A DNA stretch of 58,397 bases from an uncultured Clostridia bacterium (GTDB lineage: Bacteria > Bacillota > Clostridia > Oscillospirales > Ruminococcaceae). The notes under the pieces were generated by a model. The model was not told where the DNA came from, made no database searches, and saw only the letters and a list, made by a program, of their open reading frames with translations. Below are positions 9,501 to 16,771 of this stretch, piece after piece (the first letter of the stretch is position 1; each line of letters starts with the position of its first letter). The stretch spans positions 1 through 58,397 of the forward strand of contig CAMVOF010000001.1 of the NCBI GenBank assembly GCA_947169055.1. The letters are read 5' to 3'. The position numbers and the translations under genes are program-made.

Positions 9501-10207
9501 CGAACGTGCCCTTTTCTTAATTGCGCACTAAGCTTGTATAAAGCATCAATCAGCCCGAATTCATCGCCCGGCAAAACATCCTTTTCGCGTAAGGCCCTGA
9601 TTGTTTTTCCGCTCAACTCCTTAACACATAGTTTTAACATTCCGCTTTCTGCATCAAATTTGACATATGGTTGGAACAATTCCGGTACTACATAATGATC
9701 CGGATTATCTGGGTAGAAGGGAATCATGCATTCTTCAGGCTTAGCTTTCTTATATGTTGCAAACTGAACTGAACAGTTTACGACATCGGATTTCCCTTTC
9801 GTTAAAAAAGTGAAACCGATAGAAGACGGCATGTTCTGAGCCGCCAAACTAATCTCTTCATCAAGATTGCCGTCATTATCATCATCATTTTTATTATTTT
9901 GATTGAATTGTTTATCTTTTTCGTTTTTAGCGTTAGCTGGTTCATTATCATTTTCTTCATCAGGTAATAACAAATCCTCTATTTCATCGTTCGTCTTTTC
10001 CTGTTGTTCACTCATAGTATCATTATTATCAGCCTGAAGCTGTTGATCTCTCGGAAACAGGATGCCTATTGAATATCGATTGTGAGGAGATGTAGAAATC
10101 AATTCATGGGCTTTATCCGGGAAACTGATTTCAGAACCCGGTCCAAGCAATTCCGTACGTATTAATTCGATGTATTTTTCCCTTGCCGCTATATATTCAG
10201 CTTCCAT
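6515..10207 (-). CDS. drmA: DISARM DrmA-like SF2 helicase
   Basis: WRPFQ, PTGGGKTEAY, YTLRLLTAQQF, CPWCG, IQDELH, ASTAT, ATNMISVGIDV, QASSRIGR. Confidence 0.9.
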   Translation of the reverse strand: MEAEYIAAREKYIELIRTELLGPGSEISFPDKAHELISTSPHNRYSIGILFPRDQQLQADNNDTMSEQQEKTNDEIEDLLLPDEENDNEPANAKNEKDKQFNQNNKNDDDNDGNLDEEISLAAQNMPSSIGFTFLTKGKSDVVNCSVQFATYKKAKPEECMIPFYPDNPDHYVVPELFQPYVKFDAESGMLKLCVKELSGKTIRALREKDVLPGDEFGLIDALYKLSAQLRKGHVRVPHEISVTLEFGNEQYIDCNKELDGTTAKVTALRQSINEEIASVTIMLVNDCVGYPDGENCLFQPCITVDTKDNSFILIDNSAISDISGRDIEEQSLEMLYRNKKNYGTGLGASVNWEIDQNGNGYIQTDLFPQSEVPGMDFSPSGMGIEDDKVFSMRYYSDLDKTDRSLKIESLRQIVDSYCAWIEKIKERAPLIEKKYHNAAKINIENCEKSCSRMMNGLKILKEKRDAWDAFQLANRAMFMQRIHIRLQLSTDIYPGDENLSAILNGIDYYKAEDKYYWRPFQIAFMVMSLASIVEEDSEDRDLVDLIWFPTGGGKTEAYLGLTAFTIFYRRLAHLETSDGTTVIMRYTLRLLTAQQFTRAATMICACEFIREDSSRKKPVYGTYNLGSKPISIGLWVGSNHIPNKVVDGKSQKSAKHMVASLLKATAANLREEKEKNCKFQLLKCPWCGTKMVKEVVDGKLKGQFGYRVSGSHFQLFCPQESCYFYSRDSLPIQVIDEELYADPPTLLFGTVDKFAMFPWKPEVGAFFGINRNNRAPELIIQDELHLISGPLGTMVGLYESIIDMLCVQKGNRPKIVASTATIRRAKEQCASLYNRPVCQFPAPGLDAEDSFFAKESVIDYSIGKFGRRYIGLMPSGKTKAMMEIRSIAALLQTASSMDLPDKIRDSLWTLTVYFNSLRDLGKCSTLIEDDVKDFMKRMVYRLGNARDVRMMAYADELTSRVSTTKLNETLDKLEKVEYSKTNIENKRYPSTVVLATNMISVGIDVARLNVMLLVGQPKLTSEYIQASSRIGRTHPGIAFAMYDGAKSRDRSHFEQFKPYHDSFYKYVEPTGVTTFSAPARERALHAILIALLRNMHPDVFKEDKSAASFTPEEFNRSISEIKLFLTNRCSEIIKQINTNMQDDSIEINDEIDAIIEKWMRLLEKYGEDHFIFGQKYLFGDTQPAADEGRLMKPFNSGPYDSAFDTLTSMRNVDTAVSANVLIWEDEKKK

Positions 10208-10211
10208 AATA

Positions 10212-12818
10212 TCACTCCTTTAATGTGATCGGTCTGTTCACCAAACTAATAGGAACATTCATATGGATTTCTCTCATAGATTCTATTCGTAATACAACTG
10301 CAGACGAATCCAACCTATCATATATCTCAGCCATCAGTTCCCCTTGTTTAGGAATTACACCGCTGATTTTTTTTATTATGGTTTTACCGATATCTTTCAA
10401 TATTTCTCCGCGAACTCTTTTGATTTCTGCGCAGGCGTCATAATACATTTGCGGATTCTCATATAAATCTGTATGTCCCGTTGTTTTTCCGATGCCTTTG
10501 AAATATTCGACTCTTTGAACACCTACTTGATGCGAATCAACATCCAGCCAGTGACGAATGGTGCCAGGTTTTACTGTTACCCCCGCTTGCTTTAAGGCGT
10601 TTAAAGCCTCTTTAGTCCCTACAACATCTGTATACTCTTTTAAAACTCTTTTCCATTCTTTGGATTTACGATAGCTTTCTTGTACTCTTTCATCAAGTTT
10701 GTTGATTAGCTTCTGTAACATATCGTCAACAATATCACGAGTATTTTCATTGTTTATCGTGAAGATGAGAGAATCTCCTTCTGCAAGTTTTTCTGCATCT
10801 TTTTCATAAGCCTCACCGGTCGCCTTATCTATTACATATGCTTTATATCGTTTTGTGAAAAAACATCGTTTTTCATCTTCAAAAACTGCCGAAGATATGC
10901 ATTCAGCCGTCGCAGAAGCATTGCCGCTGTAGGAAGCAAGTACGAGAAGATCAGCTTTTTCCTGCAATTTACGGATATACTCATCAAGCTCATATGTTAT
11001 TGTTTCAAATGATACAACTTCATTATCTGTTTCGTGAGCATTGTTTATCGAATCCTGTTCTGATTCAATAATCTCCGTTGCTGTGCGGTTCTCTAATTTA
11101 GCATTATATAATTCTTCAACTGCTTTAGCTCGTTTCTTTTGACTGGTATAGATGCGTTTCTCAAAATCATAAACAAGCGATATAATCAGCTTCGCAGATC
11201 GACAGCGAAACATATCAAAGCGATGTCCTCTTAGCATACCTACGCAGATAATAACGTCATATATTTGATCATGATCAAACTGATTTGGTGTTACTATTGT
11301 CAGCAGCTCCGGTGTGTCTATAACGGAATAGATATCAAGATTCCGCAACACAGTTCCATAGTATTCCTTCGGAACAATTATGGCTGTTTTTTGATTGTGG
11401 TATTTTTTCAGCAGACTGAGCAGCTCATCTTTCTTTTCACATTTATCTGCGAACATAAGCCAACAACTTTGAAGGAACCTCATAATTTTGCCGGCTAAAT
11501 CAGACAATGCTTTCGGGGAAACTTTTACTTGGTTTTCTAATTCCTCAATTTTATCAGACGGAGAAATAACGCTGGTAACCAATCCTTCTTTAATTTGTTC
11601 TTCCAAATCTCCGATTGAAAATACACAGGTAAGAAACAGATTCATCAGGGAATAAGCATTTATAATAAAGCTTTCTGTTTGCGATCCTGATAACTCTGAC
11701 TGCTTTATACGCAGCATTGTCTGCTTAAAATCTTTGTACTGCTCCCAAGTTAACTCAGAAATCACATTATATGCTTCATTCTCACACTCGCTGATAATAC
11801 TCATTTGATCACAGAATTCCTGCATAATTGCTCCCGATTCATTGCGTTCCGGCAATTTATGCTTTTTTACAAAAGATTTCGTACAGGCAAACAGCTCTGT
11901 GTTTTCTGAAAAATTGATTAAATCTCGCCCGTATTCTGAATCGATTTGTGTTAGTATCAATATATATCTCAATGACCGTAGAACTGTCAATTCCTGTATC
12001 TCTGTAAAATTTCGTCCTATGGTATTGTTTCCGGAAATAATCAATCCTATATGTTCATTTCCGCCTTGTTGCTTAATCAACTTTCTTGCTACAGCTGCTT
12101 TAGACGTTAATTTTAAAACAGGCTCATTCTGACCGACATTTCCGCCGAACGGGACTTCGCAGTTTTCGGAGTAATATGTTGCGGTAATCAGATCCAGCAA
12201 TTTAGCCGTTTTGTCATTAAATTTAATTGATATCCTTTCAATTATCTCAGCTCTTGCTCTTGAAATAATAATTACCGAAGAAGTATCAGTAAGATTAGAA
12301 ACATCTGTCGGCTGATATCCAAGCACTTCTATATAAAATGATTCTCTGACTGGATTTTTCCTTTGAATACCTCTCCCGTCTTTCCTTGTAGAAGTTCCGT
12401 TATACGGGATAATTTGATTCCATTTCTTTTCAGGGACATAATCCTTATCTTTTGTTTCTTCTTTCCCTTCCAATAATATTACTGTTTTTTTCTTATCAAT
12501 CGGACTTGCACATTTTCCCATATATATCCATCGCTTATGCTCAAACAGAACATAATCACCTATACTTAATGATGAAATGATCTCCTCTGGATCAGTACTG
12601 TTTACCAAATTAGTAAAGGCAGCAAAAACTATGGCAGCTGCATCAAAGACTTTTGATCCTGTATGCAAAGTGACCCCGTAAAACTTATTATCATCTGAAA
12701 TACCATTTACCATATAATCAAAAAACGCTTGAAGAAGATCGGCACCGGATATTAATTCCTCATCAATATAAAAATCACATTTTGCAATTGCTTCTTTAAT
12801 TGCTTCAACAGATCCCAT
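10212..12818 (-). CDS. drmE: DrmE-like protein (class II DISARM)
   Basis: 868 aa located between the C5 methyltransferase and drmA, the class II position; call rests mainly on synteny and size. Confidence 0.7.
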   Translation of the reverse strand: MGSVEAIKEAIAKCDFYIDEELISGADLLQAFFDYMVNGISDDNKFYGVTLHTGSKVFDAAAIVFAAFTNLVNSTDPEEIISSLSIGDYVLFEHKRWIYMGKCASPIDKKKTVILLEGKEETKDKDYVPEKKWNQIIPYNGTSTRKDGRGIQRKNPVRESFYIEVLGYQPTDVSNLTDTSSVIIISRARAEIIERISIKFNDKTAKLLDLITATYYSENCEVPFGGNVGQNEPVLKLTSKAAVARKLIKQQGGNEHIGLIISGNNTIGRNFTEIQELTVLRSLRYILILTQIDSEYGRDLINFSENTELFACTKSFVKKHKLPERNESGAIMQEFCDQMSIISECENEAYNVISELTWEQYKDFKQTMLRIKQSELSGSQTESFIINAYSLMNLFLTCVFSIGDLEEQIKEGLVTSVISPSDKIEELENQVKVSPKALSDLAGKIMRFLQSCWLMFADKCEKKDELLSLLKKYHNQKTAIIVPKEYYGTVLRNLDIYSVIDTPELLTIVTPNQFDHDQIYDVIICVGMLRGHRFDMFRCRSAKLIISLVYDFEKRIYTSQKKRAKAVEELYNAKLENRTATEIIESEQDSINNAHETDNEVVSFETITYELDEYIRKLQEKADLLVLASYSGNASATAECISSAVFEDEKRCFFTKRYKAYVIDKATGEAYEKDAEKLAEGDSLIFTINNENTRDIVDDMLQKLINKLDERVQESYRKSKEWKRVLKEYTDVVGTKEALNALKQAGVTVKPGTIRHWLDVDSHQVGVQRVEYFKGIGKTTGHTDLYENPQMYYDACAEIKRVRGEILKDIGKTIIKKISGVIPKQGELMAEIYDRLDSSAVVLRIESMREIHMNVPISLVNRPITLKE

Positions 12819-12833
12819 AGTTTCACACTCCTT

Positions 12834-14234
12834 TCAACGATATAAGAAAGAATAGGTATTATCTTCGTTTTTGGTTACACAGTTGCAAGTCTTTAACTGT
12901 TTCAATAATTGAGATGCTCTCGAAGAAGTTACTCCAAGATAATCTGCAATATCAGAATTGTGAATATGACAATCTACACCGAATTCATTAATAATATCAA
13001 AGCACCTAAACATAGTCTGAGTTCTAAGAGTACTACTCATATTAGTATATAACAATTCACAGGCAGATTTCTTTTTTCCGTACATAGCAAATAACCGCAG
13101 CTCTGTTTCTGACATCTTTGAAATCATATCATTTATACAACGAACTATGAACTCAGCCATCGTTTCAATTACGGGAATTGTCACTGAGTTACCAAGCTGT
13201 TTATATTTCTGTGCATCAGAAATATCTTCTGGGAAAGAAAAGCCATCTGTTCCGTCCGTATTCATAAAACCATATCCTATAAATCCTTGCAATCTCCCCC
13301 ACTCTGTCGGTGTCATAACTCGAATATTTTTGGAGTTTATAGGGGTTTTCTTTTCCTTTATAACCATCCCTGAATATTTCTTTCCGTTTTTTTCATCAAG
13401 AATAAGATTTCTTTCTCGACCCGACCCTCCGGTAGCAAGCAAAGTATTAGCTATCGGTTCATCAATATCCGGAGAATTAACGATCATATATCCAAATCCA
13501 TACCCTTTATCAATCTGCCGTTGTTTATGGTTTTCTAACGTTTTCAGATATCCCGATGACAGAAAATATTTCGGAGATACTTCTTTATCAAGAATATCCC
13601 TTACGGAACAGAATACTGATTTATCGTTACCTGTCGGAAGAATATTAGGCAAATCATCAACACATGTGCCGAAATATTCTCTGCTAAATGCCACAATATA
13701 TATTCGCGGTCTGTTTTGCGGTATTCCGAAGTCCTTGGAATTACGTATAAAATTTCGTCGGTTAGTTATCAATTCAGATTTGCTGCCTCTTACAACACCA
13801 ATCACCTTGTAATTGAGATGATCTTCCAAAGTCTCTATGATTGTTTTGAAAGTTTGTCCTTTATTATGGGCATAAAGGTTACCGACATTTTCGAGAAACA
13901 CAGCCTTTGGATGAGTTGTCTTGATTATCTTTGCAATATCAAAAAAAATAGTTCCTCTGATTTTGTCTTCAAACCCCATTTGTAATCCCACGCTGCTAAA
14001 TGACTGGCACGGAAATCCTGCAAGTAACACATCATACTCAACAGATTGTATTTCTTTTTTAAATACTTCTGAGGTTAAATCTTTTCTTGGGTTCTCTCCG
14101 AACAGATGCTCATATGTTTTACAAGCGTCTTCATCAATTTCGGCGGAAAGCACATTTTGAAAACATCCTGTTCTTTCAAAACCCTTACGTATTCCGCCGA
14201 TACCGGCACACAAATCTATAGTCTTAAATATCAT
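12834..14234 (-). CDS. drmMII: DNA (cytosine-5) methyltransferase, DrmMII position, with C-terminal winged-HTH-like extension
   Basis: DLCAGIGG (I), GFPCQSFS (IV), ENV (VI), PQNRPR (VIII), YKQLGNSV (X); tail DIADYLGVTSSRASQLLKQL. Confidence 0.92.
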   Translation of the reverse strand: MIFKTIDLCAGIGGIRKGFERTGCFQNVLSAEIDEDACKTYEHLFGENPRKDLTSEVFKKEIQSVEYDVLLAGFPCQSFSSVGLQMGFEDKIRGTIFFDIAKIIKTTHPKAVFLENVGNLYAHNKGQTFKTIIETLEDHLNYKVIGVVRGSKSELITNRRNFIRNSKDFGIPQNRPRIYIVAFSREYFGTCVDDLPNILPTGNDKSVFCSVRDILDKEVSPKYFLSSGYLKTLENHKQRQIDKGYGFGYMIVNSPDIDEPIANTLLATGGSGRERNLILDEKNGKKYSGMVIKEKKTPINSKNIRVMTPTEWGRLQGFIGYGFMNTDGTDGFSFPEDISDAQKYKQLGNSVTIPVIETMAEFIVRCINDMISKMSETELRLFAMYGKKKSACELLYTNMSSTLRTQTMFRCFDIINEFGVDCHIHNSDIADYLGVTSSRASQLLKQLKTCNCVTKNEDNTYSFLYR

Positions 14235-14649
14235 CAATAATACCTTCTAAAGCTTTTTCAATAATGTCGCAACATTTTTCGGTTTCTTTTAGTATTTCTT
14301 TTCCCCAAAACCTTAAAACGATCCAGTCTTGCTCAGTTAATCTCCTATTAACTTCTTCGTCACGCTTCATATTTCGCTCAATCTTATCTACCCAAAAGTC
14401 CTTTCTGGTATGTATTTCGTTTTTCTTTAAATCCCATTGATATCCATGCCAGAATTCACTGTCACAGAATACAGCTACACGCTTCCCGATAAATGCTATA
14501 TCTGGTTTACCATATATTCCCTTAACGTTTTTTCTATATCTTAATCCTCGTCTCCATAAAGCTCTGCGTAGAACCAGTTCAATCTTTGAATCTCTTGATT
14601 TAACGGCCTGCATATTTTTTCGACGCTGTTCTTTGGTATGATTATCCAT
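14224..14649 (-). CDS. vsr: Very-short-patch repair endonuclease
   Basis: MD.HT.EQR.KNM.AVK, GKPDI, FCDSEFWHG, FW..KI.RN..RD; overlaps the methyltransferase start. Confidence 0.95.
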   Translation of the reverse strand: MDNHTKEQRRKNMQAVKSRDSKIELVLRRALWRRGLRYRKNVKGIYGKPDIAFIGKRVAVFCDSEFWHGYQWDLKKNEIHTRKDFWVDKIERNMKRDEEVNRRLTEQDWIVLRFWGKEILKETEKCCDIIEKALEGIIDDI

Positions 14650-14679
14650 TGCGGTTTCCCTCTTAATATTATTTAGTAA

Positions 14680-14708
14680 ATTATAACATATTTTTCGCGG
14701 ATTATCAA
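14680..14708 (-). promoter_or_regulatory. Promoter of the vsr-DISARM operon
   Basis: TTGATA-17 bp-TATAAT with extended -10 TG on the minus strand. Confidence 0.65.
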
Positions 14709-14844
14709 CCCTTTTTGAGCAATTAATTATACTTTTTTGCTATTTGGCATTGATATTTGCTAAGCATGAGCAACTGGTTTAGTATGCAGTCTAAGAACCA
14801 TCGTGATATATTACGAAGATGATAAGTGAATTGCTTTGCAAATA

Positions 14845-14891
14845 GAACAAAACTCCCCCTGTTGACGAGATCAGCAACATCGAAGGGAGTA
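14845..14891 (-). terminator. Probable terminator of the HNH gene
   Basis: ACTCCC...GGGAGT imperfect stem followed by a T-rich tract on the minus strand. Confidence 0.45.
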
Positions 14892-14934
14892 TTAGTTCTT
14901 AATCAATTTGATAATATCGGTCCTCAAGTACCTT

Positions 14935-15681
14935 TTACCTCAGAAAAACAATATCTCGATGATACTCAAGATTTCGCCTCGTTTCAACAGTGAATTCAGC
15001 TCTTGCCGTTAATTCACCGCTGATATTCAAACGCTTTTTGTTTTCCTCATCAACGTATCTTGAAACAATGATTTTACCGTTATCGTTAAATGTAATTAAT
15101 CCACTGTCAAACAGCCTATCATAATTTGCACAAAGGAGCAATCCGTTATCTGTACTGAGTCTTTCAGCATTGGTACTGACAGCCCATGGCTTTATATGGC
15201 TGGCAATCAATAGATGTTTTAATGATATTCCAGTCACAATACAGGCGTTTTTATATTTCTGTAGCAAAGCTGTTCTAAATGAACCTTGACCGACACGTGA
15301 CTTTATTATTGATTCTCGCTCGGTAACAGAAACTGCCGGTCCCATATTAACCATTTCATTGACAGTTTGATTTATTGATTCATTTTCCGCAACTGTAATT
15401 TGATAACTGCGATATTGTTTTAAACTGTTGCTGTACATATTGTTCCCGCGTGTGTTTTTTTCGATAAAATAAGAGCTTTCTAATATCAGTCGAATGGCAC
15501 AATCAAGCTCTAAGGAATTCATTTGTATAATTGGCTTCGTTATAACTCCGATTTTTATCATATCATTTGAAACGCTGCCGACTGCTCTTGAATATTTATA
15601 AATCGATGCATCAGACAAATGCGTGGTTTGCTTCATCCATTCAGAAAAACCGATAATAGTATTATTCATTTTATCCCTCAT
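14935..15681 (-). CDS. HNH endonuclease (HNH_2-type, restriction-associated)
   Basis: RVGQGSFR, CIVTG, ASHIKPW, NGLLLC, DRLFDSGLITF, LEYH. Confidence 0.9.
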   Translation of the reverse strand: MRDKMNNTIIGFSEWMKQTTHLSDASIYKYSRAVGSVSNDMIKIGVITKPIIQMNSLELDCAIRLILESSYFIEKNTRGNNMYSNSLKQYRSYQITVAENESINQTVNEMVNMGPAVSVTERESIIKSRVGQGSFRTALLQKYKNACIVTGISLKHLLIASHIKPWAVSTNAERLSTDNGLLLCANYDRLFDSGLITFNDNGKIIVSRYVDEENKKRLNISGELTARAEFTVETRRNLEYHRDIVFLR

Positions 15682-15784
15682 TTCTTCTCTATAAACAATT
15701 ATAAATAGCTAATTACGTTTTCTTTTATTATATCACATTGTATAAGACAAAGCAATAACTATTACAAGAGAATAATAAGGGTCT

Positions 15785-16403
15785 TCATACCCTCACCCTC
15801 CCCCTGCTCACCCCGCAGGTATCGTCCCTCTCCCGGATGAACAGGCTCTCCGGTATCAAGCCCAGCAGTCGCCGGCTGAAGCTGGTGGTGCCGAAATATG
15901 CGTCGAAATTGGTTATCGGGAGGACTGTCCAGTCGCTGTCCTCCGGCTTGTTGGCGATGGTGTAGGCGAGGACAGTTTCGGCGACACAGTAGGGTAAATT
16001 CTTCGGCAGAGCAGAGCCGATCTGATGCGCTGCTCCTGATCTGCGGAAAAGGAAAAGGTCTTGTCTTTAAGCTCGCCCTGCACGAGTGCGTCCCCGATGA
16101 TGTCATCGAACCGCAGCACCCAGCGTTCCTTTGTTCTGGGGGAGAAGATCGGCACCTGATACTGGATGACCTTCTTCCGCCACTTGCCGTCGAACCCGGA
16201 ACTGAGCTGTTCAACGGAAGTCTTTGCCGACTTTGATGCCTTTGATTTTTCGTCCTGCTTCTCCACAAAGCCGATGACCTTGTGAACGTGCCTGTAAAAC
16301 CAGCCTCTGCCGTCTTTAGTGACAAGCTCTGGGAATTCACCATTGTACTCTCCGAAATTGCTCCTGAACTTCCACTTGTTCTCATCGCCCTCGGGGTTCT
16401 TCC
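15785..16403 (-). pseudogene. 5'-truncated, frameshifted hypothetical gene with host-like GC
   Basis: Frame ...EQRIRSAL continues as PKNLPYCVAETVLAYTIANKPEDSDWTVLPITNFDAYFG...CGVSRGRVRV* if a 5-bp duplication at ~16006-16016 is removed; 5' end abuts the tRNA fragment. Confidence 0.7.
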
Positions 16404-16445
16404 CGGAGTGACGGGACTTGAACCCAAGGCCTCTACCGCCCCGAA
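16404..16445 (-). pseudogene. 3' half of tRNA-Pro(CGG), att remnant; not a full tRNA
   Basis: Reverse complement TTCGGGG CGGTA GAGGCC TTGGG TTCAAGT CCCGT CACTCCG = anticodon loop, variable loop, imperfect T arm and acceptor strand; no D arm or 5' acceptor strand. Confidence 0.7.
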
Positions 16446-16597
16446 GCTTGTGAGGGGTAGTTTGAACACGTCCTAAAAAGAGCAAATCATGTATGTTTAC
16501 GCTGCTTGGAACGAGTCAGCTTCACGAATAAGCTTTAAAAAAGCCAAAGTCATTTTTGTTTAGTCAAGCTTACCTGCGGCCTCTTTACAGATCAACG

Positions 16598-16626
16598 TTG
16601 ACATAATCGCAGAGGGGTGTTATAAT
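16598..16626 (+). promoter_or_regulatory. Consensus sigma-A promoter
   Basis: TTGACA-17 bp-TATAAT with extended -10 TG. Confidence 0.75.
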
Positions 16627-16771
16627 TTCATTATAGATGATTTGTTTTGCGTAATGACGGATCTGTTATCCCCTCGTGCCTCAGATCCGTCGGCCACTGA
16701 CAAAAGATGATCTTTGCAAATCTTGCCGCTTTGCACAAGATTAAGGCGGACAATAATCGGGAGTTGATATA

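Larger units (their letters stand above)
2216..15765. mobile_element. AT-rich defence island
   Basis: Clear AT enrichment relative to DNA beyond ~15,770 (by eye); att core at left end; contains only defence-type genes; no integrase inside. Confidence 0.7.

Noticed and set aside
16404-16480. Intact tRNA-Pro gene
   Set aside because: Only the 3' half is present; the sequence beyond 16446 gives no D arm or complementary acceptor strand and the T stem is mismatched
15762-16485. ORF-track proteins 15762..16469 and 15913..16485 as real genes
   Set aside because: Their starts lie in or beyond the tRNA remnant; they are alternative frames over one broken gene
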